A stretch of DNA of 64,000 nucleotides from Octopus vulgaris (GCA_951406725.2 OX597815.1:165664001-165728000); one strand, 5' to 3'. Shown: positions 43,877 through 58,324, counted from the stretch's first letter. Notes: generated by a model from the sequence alone, not told the origin. Numbers and translations: made by a program.

Positions 43877-46800
43877 GTAAGCAACATTAAACTAGTTATT
43901 CATATTTATGTTTCATTCCATTTTCTTCTGAGTCACTTCATTTAGCTTCTTCGTGGTAGTATTTTTATGGTAGTATTTTTATGAAACATTTAAAGTGTTT
44001 TGTGTCTTTTGTGTATTCCTTTTCTTTATTTGTATCTTCTCGCTGACATGAATATACCAAGCAGTAACGAGAGCATGAGGAACCACGGCTAAATTCGTTA
44101 ACTTGTAATAGTTTGCAATAAAACATTATTGATTGCAAACCGTGCAGCTTTTTTTTTCTTTTTTTTTTGGCAATATATTAAATCTTTTCAGCTTTATATG
44201 TCTGTCTTTCTTGCAATAAAAGCCATCAAATGCCCCTAATCGAAAACATCTGTTTAGAGGGAAAGAAAAACGAAGTAAAGAAGTCTAGTCTATATGAAAT
44301 TATTGTCCACATAAATGAGATGATGGTGTCACCAAACACTCTGTACATATAAATATCTCATGCATACACGTAAACAAGCTCACATAGAGACATAGATACA
44401 TTTTATTTTTCAATGTTTTTTAGTTGCGGGGAGGAAGGTTAGCACCTATAATGAGTTTTTGAATGACCGTGGCTGAGGAGGAAGAGGGAAAGATGTTGGA
44501 ACACTGTCCAAAGAAACTACAATTCTAGAGTTGCTGTGATAGGAAGTATGACATCAAAGTATTAAGTTGTCATTAGACCAGAGACATGCTCCGAATGCTC
44601 GCCTCAGAGTTGGAGGAAGTACTTCTTCTTCTACAGACTACCAAGAATCAGGTGGTGCGTTAAACCCAGAGACAAATTTAGTCTTTCGCTCATGAGAATG
44701 TACAGTCGATCCATCTAGTTTATTTTTAAATAACATTCGGGTAAACAAAGTCTTCTACTTAATATTCCCAACACAATCCAACTATTTACTCACATATCTT
44801 TACTTCTATCTAAATCTTTAACACAATGGCGACTTCGGTTTTCCTTTTATTTATTTATTTTTTTCAGGTTAAGTATATTAGTCAAATTAGTGTCTCTTGA
44901 GTTTTTTAGATAGATAATAATCGTAATATGAGATCTTTCATTTAAACAATTAGTAATTTACACTTAATAATTGCTTTAATTAAACACTTTCTTAATATTT
45001 ATTAATCTTATCTTTTCTGCTTTGGCTGCTGCCGTTAACTACGCTGTTATCTTCTCTGTGTTTCATCTTGTTATCACCTCCAGACCAATCAACTACTTTC
45101 ACATTTTTTTCAGGCTATTTAACTCGTTAACAAAATAACAAAACAAAGAATATGATCTTCGTCGGTTTCGATGATGAGTTTTCAATTGCTCGATCAACTG
45201 TACTATCGATTCTTTCAATTTGCGTGTTAGTGGCCGAATATTCCTCAGTCAAGTGTAACCTTAATGTAATTCTCGGGCAGAATCACTGTAACAATGTTAG
45301 ACCTTTAGAATTCCAGCTACCATCCATGCTATATTTCACCACTTTCAATCACAATGTTTGGAGCGAGCCGAAGCTATGATAAAACACACTCGTCTAAAAT
45401 ACCACTCAGTAGAACCGAACGAACTCTGGGCCTCGCTTTTGCGAAACAAACTTCATAACAATCAGCTATGATGTGCTCTGTTTAATAGAACAGTAATTCG
45501 ATATAATCAGTTTATTCAAAGTCTGGTCGTAAGTCATAAACTATTGAGAATTTACGACTATAATGTAATTCAATTATTGTTCCAAACTCTCATAAGACTC
45601 AGATGATTACATTACTTGACAATTACACATATTGGCCACTTACTTTCTCTCTCCAAAAATATATAAAATTTCTTAAGGCGGCAAGCTGGTAGAACCGTTT
45701 GCATACTGAGCAAAACGCTCAACGGTATTTCGTCCGTCTTTACGTTCTGAGTTCGAATTCCGCCGATGTCGACTTAGCCCTTCATCCCTTCTAAATCGAT
45801 AAAATAGGTACAATTTGAACATTGGGGTCGATGTAATCGCTTACTTCCTCCCCCGAAATTGTTATTCTTGTGCTAAAATTTGAAACCATTATATATAGAT
45901 TATTTTTAAAAGCTAAACCGAAGCAAGACTACTTAAATATTTGTTTCAAATTCTGGCATAGGGTTGATTACATCAACCCTGGTACTTATTGACTGGTATT
46001 TATTTTATCAACGCCAAAAGAATGAAAGGCAAGGTTTGACCTCGTCAAACTTTGAACACAGAATGTAAACTGTTAGGAAAACTGCTTAAAAATATTATAC
46101 AATTGTGTGTAGAGGAAAACATGCTTGAATAAAATGCAATTCCTGAAATACCGATACATACATACATATACGCGCACGCATTTGTACATCTTATAACTAA
46201 ACTTCAGCTGTCATTCACAAGCGAATATGACTTCATAGCATCTACCACACTTTCTCTAACTGCTTCGCATTCTGTATAGTTATGAGCTGACATAGACATC
46301 CTCTTGGCATTTTCAGTATTTACTTAGTAGATCACCACGGATATGATAATTGGATGGAGAGAGAGATCCGTCGGCATTTGGCTGATATTCATTTTATCTG
46401 CAGCAGCTTGAAATGAAGTGCCTTGCTCAAAGACATAATGCGTTGCCAAGCCCGTAAATTGAAGCTAAGACTTTTTTGATCGTACACTTTACAGCTGCAT
46501 GCATGCATATATATACAGACATGCATACATACGTGCACACCCACGCACGTACGTACGTACGCATGCACGTATGCATGAATATATGTATGTATATGTATAT
46601 TACAGCGGATGCAAACACACGACGCAGTATTCCAGAAAATGAGGATGAAACAAAGAATAAATGGATGACACACGCACACGCTTACACACACACAACACAC
46701 ACACACAATAATATATATATACATACATACATACATACATACATACATACATACATACATACATACATACATACATACATACATACATGCGCTTATATAT

Positions 46801-48202
46801 TTATTATTGAATGGGAGAGCAGCGCACGCCATCAAAGTGACACTGAGCTACAAATTATATGATTAAAATTATATTTTACACAGATAGGAGCGATATCGAG
46901 TTTAAGGAATAAAAAATTAGTTCTGAATCCATCAACCCTGTGCTTATTTCATCGATATCAAATGAATAAAAATGAAGTTTGCTTCAGTAGCAGTTGAACT
47001 CCAAACATACACAGAGGGAGTGTAAGGTGTTTCGTTCAGTGTCCTGACTTTCTGCCTCTACTGTCCTTTTTTTTTTTTTTTGAGGTTACAAAAAGCAGTC
47101 GTCCATTATATATAATGTATGTATTGAGCTTACGATCAAAAGGTTATGGGTTCCGTTTCTGGGCCAAGCGGTACGTTACGTCTTTTAGGGAGACATTTCA
47201 TTTTACGTTTCCTCAGATGACATGAATATCAGCCAAGTACTTGATATATCAGCCAAGTACACTGAGTTACGAGTGGACATGCCAAGAGAATGTCTACGTC
47301 AGCACGAGACAAGACAAGGACAGAACTAGCTAGCGAAAGCAACTTTGATGCCCCACTTAGTTAAAGGTGGAAAGGCTGAGAGAATATTTGCCCTTGCATG
47401 CGACTATATAGACACAAAATGCAGTTAGCGAAGATACGATAGATACTGCGTAGTCATGCTTCTTTCCGAGTGACGGCCTCGGTTTGGTTATGTTATGCAT
47501 ATATGTGTATTTAAGCATGGTTGTGTGTATACGTGTGTTTCGTGAAAATGCACTTAATTATGTTATCGTTATAACGAATGGCAGGGAAAGAAAGTACTCA
47601 GGTGAGACTGCTGCATGATAAATTAATAGTAAAGTGTGCAGTAACATACTTAAACAAGTGTGTTTAATTAATTAAAAACTATGACTTAGTAATGAGAAGG
47701 AGTAATTCAAATGAGTAATTTATTTTTAAAAAAATTACACAAATTTCATTAATTTTAATTAAAAAACGTCTGGGTTCCCCACTATTTTATTTTAAGCAGA
47801 ATTTATTATTCGAATAATCAGTTTCTTTTCTCGACATTCGGATTGTAAATTTAATTGAGAGTTCTTAGTACACTAGTCTGTTAGCGCCCAAATTTCTATT
47901 ATTTTTTCTGCAACAAGCGTCCCTGAGAATTACTCATCTTCTAGTATAGGTGTAACTATGCGTGGTATCAAGAAGAGTGGTATCAAGAAGAGTGGTATCC
48001 ACGACTTCGAAGTTTCAGCCAGTGAAAAAAAATAAAATAAAAGCTTCGTAAATGATCCTCAACTTGTTCCATTTACCAAAAGGTCTGCAAAACACCAACA
48101 GGCCTCAATAGACACATCCGTCTCCATAGAAAGTAATTACCGCTTTCTTCTACTGAACCCTCAGCTGTCGTTTGCGATGAGAAAATCCTTCACATACATA
48201 CA

Positions 48203-48275
<73 letters not shown>

Positions 48276-48293
48276 GAATAGAAGATCTGAAAT

Positions 48294-48339
48294 CCACCTG
48301 ATGAATGTCCTGAGAAGAGACATGAAACAATTGTAGTGG
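48294..48339 (+). ncRNA. Minimal type-I hammerhead ribozyme (intact)
   Basis: ccac CUGAUGA atgtc ctgagaaga gacat GAAA caattg UA gtgg; all stems pair; palindromic stem III; adjacent to (TA)n. Confidence 0.88.
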
Positions 48340-48462
48340 CGAATATAATTTTATTTAATTTATTTAATTTAATTTTATTTATTTAATTTATATTAAAATT
48401 TTTTTATGTATTGGATTAAGTCTTTCTTTATTTGATTTGCAAAATAGTGGTTTTGTCTCTAA

Positions 48463-48526
<64 letters not shown>

Positions 48527-48601
48527 TACAGAACCTCTTATCCGGCAACCTTGGGACCAGAGGTGATTCGGATTTCTGGATTCCGGATAAGAGGTTCGGT
48601 A
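48527..48601. mobile_element. Tiny TA-flanked MITE
   Basis: Perfect 15-bp inverted repeat gaacctcttatccgg / ccggataagaggttc. Confidence 0.65.
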
Positions 48602-48627
48602 TATAGGTATGTATGTATGTATGTATG

Positions 48628-48661
<34 letters not shown>

Positions 48662-49391
48662 TGTATTATTTTATTCTTTTACTTCTTTCAGTCATTTGAC
48701 TGCAGCCATGAAGGGTTTTATTCGATCAAATCGACCCCAGGACTTAATTTTTAAGCCTAGTACTTATTCTATCGGTCTGTTTCACCGAACCGCTATATTA
48801 AGAATTTAGTACGGTATTATCCATATAATTTCAAAGTAAAGTGATTAATATCAAAAGGTAATGCAACATGATCCTTTCACGCAAATCCATTTAATTGAAC
48901 AATATAATCATTACATCAATTTAAAATGTAGAGCAATCTTCAGCTGCACAAAGACATAGAATTTAATTAAATTAGAACAGATGGATTCATTAGTATAATT
49001 ATACCTAAAATCTCCACTTCTTGAGGATATATATATGTGTGTGTGTGCATATCTATCTATCTATCTATATAAATATATATATATATGAAGACCCCCTTCG
49101 GTCATGAATGACCATGGGATTGCACCTAGAAAGTTACCCTCCTAGACACAAGTCCGGGCAAGGTTGTTTATGGAAGACCAGCAGTCGCCCATGCATACTA
49201 GCCTCCCCTCTCCACGCCACCAGTGTTATCCAAGGGAAAGACAAAGGTCGATACAGCTTGGCACCTGTGACGTCGCAACTCATTTCTACAGCTGAGTGAA
49301 CTAAGTGAACTGAGTGAACTGAATATATATATATATATATATATGAAAAAACAAGTCAAGATAGAAAATGCTAAAATAATTTTATAAAGAA

Positions 49392-49439
49392 CATTTCAGT
49401 ACCGGTTTCGGTCAGTTTGAGACCTTTTCAACTGTAACG
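49392..49439 (-). ncRNA. Minimal type-I hammerhead ribozyme, U3-A8 variant, 3' pLTR
   Basis: Minus strand: cgttacag UUGAAAA ggtc tcaaact gacc GAAA ccgg UA ctgaaatg; stems I and II pair; stem III palindrome accggt. Confidence 0.75.
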
Positions 49440-50349
49440 ATTAAATAATTAAATTTAGAAAAATTAAAAGAAAAGTTTTTTTAAAGGAATATTTGTATAG
49501 TGTTCAAATATAAGTGGCATTCTGCCTTTCTCTGTCTCCCTTGTTTGCACTTGTGTGTTCGAAGTCGTTGTGAATTCTTGGTAGGGTAGAAGAAGGTTGA
49601 TGAGGAGAGGGGGTGGAAAAATTTGGGAGTGCCTTGATTGTCGTATTTTGAATGGTCAGTGAAGGCTAGCAGTTGCAGTTCAATTCAGGAGAATATTTCT
49701 ATTGAAAGGTTTGTTTATGGAATTTGCGTAGGTGTTATACTAAAAAGCATTAGTGATAAAGTTAAGAGGTAGAAGGTGGAGCAGAAGAAGAAGAAGAAGA
49801 AGAAGAAGAAGAAGAAGAAGAAGAAGAAGAAGAAGAAGAAGAAGAAGAAGAACATGACGATGTTGATGATGATGATGATGATGATGAAGAAGAAGAAGAA
49901 GAAGAAGAAGAAGAAGAACATGACGATGTTGATGATGATGATGATGATGATGAAGAAGAAGAAGAAGAAGAAGAAGAAGAAGAAGAAGAAGAACATGACG
50001 ATGTTGATGATGATGATGATGATGATGAAGAAGAAGAAGAAGAAGAAGAAGAAGAAGAAGAAGAAGAAGAAGAAGAAGAAGAAGAAGAAGGAGGAGAAGG
50101 AGAAGGAGAAGAAGAAGATGATGATGATGATAATGATAATGATGATGATGAAGAAGAAAAGGAAGAAGAAGAAAAAAGAGAAGGGAGAATATGAATGAGT
50201 GGAAGTAGTGAGGTGTTGTATGACTTGAAGTTGGCACGTTATGGATTATAGCTGTGATTGGGGCTGATTTGTAATGGATTCTTTGGAATGTAATATTTGC
50301 GTGTGTATTTATGTTATTCTAAAGCTGAGGTGTATTAATCGTTTGTCGT

Positions 50350-50951
50350 AGACCCGTTAAGAAGTGGCCTGTATTTTGTAATAAAGAGAGTTTCTTTACT
50401 TATTCGTTGTCTCGAGGTTGTATCGTCCCTAAATTGGTAGAGGGGGAAATCCTGAAGCCTGGTGTTTTGTTGTTGGCGCAAGTATCTGTGTGTTGGCTGA
50501 AAGCTATTTTTCTGTTTTGGGGAATTTTTATCTGGGATCTGTGCAGGGCCATTCTTTTACGCAAACTATTTTTTGTTTGGCCTATGTACTGCTCTTGATA
50601 CCCAGAGCAGGTTAGTGTGTATATCAGGTTCTCCGAAGCACATGTGAAGTTGCTTTTCACTGTAAACCGTTGTCCCTGTTTGAAGGAGAACTCTGATCCC
50701 TCAATTAGATAATCGCATATCCCGCAATTGGGTCTTCCACATTTTTTTACTGTCGGCTTCTGTGTTGAAGAGTGTATTCGGGCTTGTGTTAGGAGACTTT
50801 TCATAGATTTCTTGCTTTTTATGATCGTGTGTGTTTGGAGGATTGTGTTCATTCTGTGGTCTTTTGTTAGGAGGGGTATGTTGTGGAGGATGGTGCCGAA
50901 GGCTTCATTGTTGAGAGGGTTGTGTGTGGAGGTGTATGGTAAGGCTTTTGG
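50350..50951 (-). pseudogene. PLE Cys-rich linker and GIY-YIG endonuclease, in frame with the RT after one TGA, frameshifted near 50445
   Basis: CGRPNCGIC linker; NLIYTLTC...YIGQT...LRKRMALH; a shifted frame continues KETLFITKYRPLLN. Confidence 0.88.
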
Positions 50952-52574
50952 TCATACGTTTTTCTTTGATTTGGGATGTCTCAGTTCCTGGATGTTAAGT
51001 TGAAGGGCACGTTGAATGCACATGTCAATAAGTGAAGGTGGGTAGTTCCTGGTGATAAGGGTATCTTTTAGTTCTTGTAGTCGTGTGTCTCTGGTGTTTG
51101 CATTAGAAACTATAGTGCATATCCTTTTTGCTAGATTGAAGGGGATATTCATACTGGTGTGTCTGGGGTGGCATGAATTGAATGGAAGATATTGCTTAGA
51201 ATCTGTAGGCTTATAATATATGTCTGTTTCTATTACATTATTAGCTTTCTTAATGAGGATATCGAGGAAGGGGAGTTGTTGCTGGCTATTTTCCATCGTG
51301 AATTGGATGTTTACGTCCAGTCCGTTTAAAATTTCTTGGAATTCTTTGAGTTTCTCTATATTTTCATGCCAAAGAATGAAACAGTCATCTAGATATCTCT
51401 TCCAGTTGTTTTCTATGTAGATGGAGAAAGGGCTGCCATATCTTTCTAGAACCTTACGATACAGACTGATCTCTAGATATCCTATGACTAGGTTGGCAAA
51501 GGAGGGGGCCATTCGTGTACCCATCGCAGTCCCCGATTTTTGTCGGTAGAAGTTGTCTTTGAAGGCGAAGAAGTTATTTTCCAGGATGAATTTAATCCCT
51601 TCTATCACGAATTCTTTTTTGATGCGATGTGGGAGTTCGTTGGCGTGATTCTCTAGCCAGAATTGGATTGCCTCTAGTCCTAGGTTGTGGGGGATATTGG
51701 AGTAGAGGTTGACTACATCGAAGGATACCAGTATGGTGTTTTTGTTTATAGTATTCGGTAGGTGATTGAGCACATCCAAGTCGTCCCTTATATAGCTTTT
51801 GACATGTTTGAGGAGTGGTTTTAACAGGGTGTCTAAAAAGTTACTGAGACGGTGGGTTTCGCATGCGGGACCTGCTATTATGGGTCTCAATTTGAGGTCA
51901 TTAGGATTAGGGACTTTAATTATTTTGTCTGTAGATATCTTGCATGCGTTACTTATTTTCTCACTTTTGTGTATCTTAGGTATACCGTAGAATTGGCTGG
52001 TTTTACTTGTGAAATTGGTCATATAATCATATTCTTTGTCGGTGAACCCTTCTTTGTATGGGTTTAACATGGATTTTAGTTCCCTCATTATTTTTTGTGC
52101 CTTTTCATAGTATGTTGTGTCTTCCAGCATAGATAGTACCAAAGTTATGTAAAATGTCGTATCCATTAAGACAACAGCACTCCTTTTATCGGCCTCTTTG
52201 ATTGTTATTATTTTATCTTGTTTTAATTTGTTCAACTCAGCCCATTCTTTTTTGCTGAAGTTTGGTTTGTGTTTTTGTTTGTGCATATGTTGATATGGGT
52301 AATTTGATATGTGGTCACAGAAATGATCAAGTGTTTTGTTCTTACCTTTAGAAGGGGTGTAGTTACTCCTATTTCTGACCAACGATTCGTCCTCGTTGTA
52401 TTTGTCGTATAGCTCCTCAGTAAGTCGTAATTTTCTGCAGAATTCTGCGATGTCTTCTTTCATTTCATTGTAGTTGGGGTGTTGTGGGGTGGGTGTAAAC
52501 TTGAGTCCTTTGGAAAGTATGTTTATTTGGTTTGCTGTTAGTTCCTTGTGAGTTAGATTGATAATTTTTATCAC
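50952..52574 (-). CDS. PLE reverse transcriptase
   Basis: ILSKGLKFTP, IKEADK, FYGIPKIHK, LRPIIAG, SFDVVNLYSNIP, QKSGTAMGTRMAPSFANL, WKRYLDDCF, FLD, YYKPT, SCHP motifs. Confidence 0.95.
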   Translation of the reverse strand: MIKIINLTHKELTANQINILSKGLKFTPTPQHPNYNEMKEDIAEFCRKLRLTEELYDKYNEDESLVRNRSNYTPSKGKNKTLDHFCDHISNYPYQHMHKQKHKPNFSKKEWAELNKLKQDKIITIKEADKRSAVVLMDTTFYITLVLSMLEDTTYYEKAQKIMRELKSMLNPYKEGFTDKEYDYMTNFTSKTSQFYGIPKIHKSEKISNACKISTDKIIKVPNPNDLKLRPIIAGPACETHRLSNFLDTLLKPLLKHVKSYIRDDLDVLNHLPNTINKNTILVSFDVVNLYSNIPHNLGLEAIQFWLENHANELPHRIKKEFVIEGIKFILENNFFAFKDNFYRQKSGTAMGTRMAPSFANLVIGYLEISLYRKVLERYGSPFSIYIENNWKRYLDDCFILWHENIEKLKEFQEILNGLDVNIQFTMENSQQQLPFLDILIKKANNVIETDIYYKPTDSKQYLPFNSCHPRHTSMNIPFNLAKRICTIVSNANTRDTRLQELKDTLITRNYPPSLIDMCIQRALQLNIQELRHPKSKKNV

Positions 52575-52601
52575 TTTTGGTTCCTCCTGCTTGTTTGGTG
52601 C

Positions 52602-53818
52602 TATCTTGTGTCTCTGTGTTTGCGTATTGGGTCTAAAAAATGAATGCGGTGGTTGGGACGGTAGCTATTATATAGTTGTTCTTTGTTGATGTGGGGTCTC
52701 CTGTTGTGATTTATGGTGTGTGTTCTTGGAACAGTATTGAGAAGTGCGTCCCGATATCCCATATTCGGGTGTGGTGTTGGTAATCATTGCGAGTGGTGTG
52801 GGTTTGTGTGCATGGTTGTTTAGCCGGTTATTGGAACGAAGATTTCGTTGGTAACTCTTTTGGGTGGGGATAAGGTTGCAGCGTCTATTCTGTGAGTATT
52901 GATTTATCCTTTCTCTGCTTGAAGTGGGGGTATTCCTGATATTGTATCGCTGGCTGCTTACAGAGTTAGGGTTAGGTCCTGTATTCTTTTTTTGATAGTA
53001 GTGATAGTTCTGATTTTTAGACAGGTGTGTATCGGTGTTTGCGTGTTGTTTTGGTTTTCTTATTTTCTGGAAAGGGTTGTTGGAGGCGTGCTCTGTTTGA
53101 AAGACGGCTTCATAGTCTGAGAACCAAGTGGCGCTTTTCTCCCAGCGTTGGAGAGATTTCAGTTCTTCTTTTTCACAATCCTCTTTCCATAGTTTGGAGA
53201 ACTTCTCTTGATCTGGACCTTGGGTCATTTTGCGAATTTCTTCGTTGATATCTTCATCGGTGGATTTTACTTTATCCTCATTCGTTTGGGCCCTCAATTT
53301 TAGAAGTTCTATTTCCATTTTCCTTTTTCCAGTGCCATTCTCTCTCTGGGGCGTCTTTGTGTTTCAGGTTCCTCTGTAATAGTTTTGAACTGGAATTTAC
53401 GTGGGAGGATTAACGGTGTCCGGTTGAGCCATTTTTCGTATATATCCGCTTTGTTGTTGTTTTGGATCATCTTCCAAAAGGCGAACTTTCTATCTCTGAG
53501 TGATTTGTTCCATTGTGGTATTATGTGGTGTTTCATTTGGTATGTTGTTAGTGTATTGGTTCCATATATTGACGCGTTTGGAAGTCTTTGGTTAGCGTTG
53601 TTAGATAAAAATGTTCTAATTGTTTCGCATAAGTTTCCAAGGTTTTCGACGATTTCGGAGGTTGTATTTTTCGTATCTGTTTCCTCATTGTTCTCTCGAT
53701 TGGGTTGATGTGTCGAGTCGAATTTGTTAAAAAATGTTGACAGATTTGTGTTGATTTTCTTGAGTTCTTTCAGTATTTCTTCATTTATGGAGGTGATTGT
53801 GTCTGTTTTTGTCGGCAT
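52602..53818 (-). pseudogene. PLE N-terminal/ORF1 region (helical, basic), broken by two frameshifts
   Basis: ATG at 53818 (MPTKTDT...); track ORFs 53309-53899 and 52668-53318 abut; a third frame from 52783 reads ...YRDALL...HFLDPIRKHRDTR*. Confidence 0.65.
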
Positions 53819-53931
53819 TTTCAGTATCTCGTGTGGGTTAATGATAGTATAAGGGTGAAAAGGAACACACGAGTTGATATATATGAAAAAACAAGGCAAG
53901 ATAGAAAATGCTAAAATAATTTTATAAAGAA

Positions 53932-53979
53932 CATTTCAGTACCGGTTTCGGTCAGTTTGAGACCTTTTCAACTGTAACG
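53932..53979 (-). ncRNA. Identical U3-A8 hammerhead in the 5' pLTR
   Basis: Same sequence as 49392-49439. Confidence 0.75.
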
Positions 53980-54015
53980 ATTAAATAATTAAATTTAGAA
54001 AAATTAAAAGAAAAG

Positions 54016-54058
<43 letters not shown>

Positions 54059-54539
54059 TACATATATATACATATATATGCATATACATACACTTCTGTG
54101 TGAGAGTATGTGTGTGCACATGTGAATGTATGTGTATGTATACATGTACGTAGCATAGTCAAATGATTAATAAATTCACTTTGCAATCACATCGTACAGG
54201 TACGGTCACACTGTTTGCCATATTGGGAAAATGTCATTAACAATAATAGCCGCAGGTTGGCCGAACCATTTTAAGTAAAAATCTCTAGACAGAAATCTTT
54301 TGGAAGCCCTCATGAGGATCGTGATTATAATTTATATGTAGAGCGTTGTCACACACCCTACCATGTTTATCTGATTCTACCTTATGATTACAATGAGTGT
54401 ATACGTGTCTGCGGAATATTTAGCTAAATGTACACTAAGTAAATAACACTGGTCTACAAGGTTTTGGCATTTAGGAAATAGACATCATTCTTACACAAAA
54501 TCGGTCTCCTGGATCCAAATATAACCTTCTTCTTGACCT

Positions 54540-54920
54540 ATCAGATCTAATTTTTAAGTTATTGAGCCCTATAATCATGTGGACGACTGCTATTTTTGTA
54601 ACCTAAATTTGAAGGGTATTAACTGGAAAAATCGACAAACGTTTGTCTATCCTAATCTTGGCTCTGCTATTTGACTGGTTCCACACAATGAAGAGCTTCC
54701 TGTTCCTGTCTTCAATGTCTTGCTTCAGTCAACTTTACCCTCAACCAAAGAAGATTCATCACCTGAAGATGTCACTAGAGATCAAGACTTTCCATTTGAG
54801 ACTTTACCTCAGCTATTCTCCCAGGTAGAGCTGAATCATCAAGTTCGTGACTTGAACCTCCCAAAAAACTCTGCAGAACTGTTGGCTTTAAGCTCTTGAA
54901 GGACAAAAATTTCGTGAAAA
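54540..54920 (+). pseudogene. Chapaev3 (CMC)-like transposase fragment
   Basis: NHVDDCYFC, VPHNEELPVPVF and FSQVELNHQVRDLNLPKNSAELLA motifs across frameshifts. Confidence 0.6.
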
Positions 54921-55223
54921 TGATGGACCAATCCATACTAGGATAATTCATTCATCTACTTAAATATATATATATATCATAATAATAATAATATTAGGGA
55001 ATATGATTCCAAACTTACAGGGAAAGATTCAATTTAGTAATACTAAATCAAATTTCACAATATATAATACATGTGTATATATTAGAGAAGAGCCACAATG
55101 AAGCAATTCAACAATGATATATTTAAATCATACCATATAGAAAAAAATTAAAGATACGATAAAACATTTACCTAAAGCTAAATAAAGTACTAAATATTAA
55201 ATAAATAGTATATAATTAGTAAA

Positions 55224-55307
55224 TAGACTACATATCTTTCGTGGCTATATTTTCAAATTGATAACATAAAATCAATTCAATTCAAATATAGTCACTCATC
55301 AGGTCTA
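55224..55307 (-). ncRNA. Type-I hammerhead ribozyme with one stem III mismatch
   Basis: Minus strand: tagac CUGAUGA gtgactatattt...aaatatagccac GAAA gatatg UA gtcta. Confidence 0.75.
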
Positions 55308-56112
55308 AGATAAAAATGGTAAAATAAATAAATGTACGTATATTATCTTATAAGAAAAGATAAATATATTTAAGAATGCGTAATTTACACTAAAAAATCG
55401 AACAAAATTCAGCAATATGTCTTAAAATAAAAACATGACGTATCTTATTGTATATATTCTGTTAACTAAATCTTTAAACTTAATACGCAGGACTTAATGT
55501 TTATAATAAATTTATCTCGTTAAAAACGTGTTGTAAATAAAAATAGAATAAATAGATAGAAACATTTATTTTATCTATGAAAATATGTTTTAGCTTATAG
55601 AAGAAAATAACAAATTATAGTATATCATTACTGAAAAATTATAGTACAAGTAATTAAAACAAAATATTTAAAATACATAATATACATTAAGTGAAGCTAA
55701 ATTACTATAATTTAATCTATATCCATTAAATTATTTATTTATGTATTTATTTAATACACATCTAAGTTTAATCTTATTCTAATTATGTAATATATACTAA
55801 AAAAACTTCATGGTAAGTTATATACATAATACTTCTACAAACTATAAATACAAGAATTGAAAATAGAAAAATGGTTCAAATATATACACGCAAATTAGTT
55901 AAACTTATATAATTAATTCAATTTATGTATAGATTTACTATTTCACTCATTTATAGAATTAACCAAAGTTTCTATTATTATTAAAAATATTTATTTAAAT
56001 GCAATATTACATAACAAATAAAAAAATTACTACCTATTCAATAAGATTTTGTCTTACAAAACTATTTTCCAATGTAAATTATATGTAATAAGTTAAGATT
56101 ATAGTTCACAAG

Positions 56113-57781
<1,669 letters not shown>

Positions 57782-58261
57782 TAATAATAATAATAATAAT
57801 AATAGGTAAATAAATATACGTATCGTAACTTATAATTAATAAGTAACAATATAGAAATCAATATTTTTACAATATAAATCAAACAAAATTCAAAAATATT
57901 GTTTTAAAAGAAATTCATGACTTATCGTATCTAAGAAAATCTGTTAACTCTTTAAAGTATTTATACTATTTATTTATTATTTTGTATTTTATTTAGTTTT
58001 AGGTAAATGTCTTATCATATCTTATATTTTTTTCTATATGGTATGATTTAAGTATATCATTGTTGAATTGCTTCATGGTGGTTCTTCTCTAATTTATATA
58101 CATGTATGTATATATATATATATATATATATATAAGTTCAGCAAAATTGAGATTCAGATGAAAATGGTACTTAAGTCAAAGGCACCAGAATTTTGTATGG
58201 TATTATCCATATAAATCCATGGGGTGATTACAATCACCCCATTTGATTATATATATATATA

Positions 58262-58324
<63 letters not shown>

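Larger units (their letters stand above)
49341..54017 (-). mobile_element. Near full-length endonuclease-bearing Penelope-like retroelement (Neptune/Naiad-like), mildly degraded
   Basis: RT plus GIY-YIG ORFs; 137-bp direct repeats at 49341-49477 and 53881-54017, each containing a hammerhead; (TA)n on both flanks. Confidence 0.93.

Noticed and set aside
50952-50954. In-frame TGA between RT and endonuclease as selenocysteine, as in some Naiad PLEs
   Set aside because: It lies in a variable linker rather than at a conserved Cys, no RUGA SECIS core was found by eye in the 3' UTR, and the copy has other lesions; a nonsense mutation such as CGA>TGA is simpler
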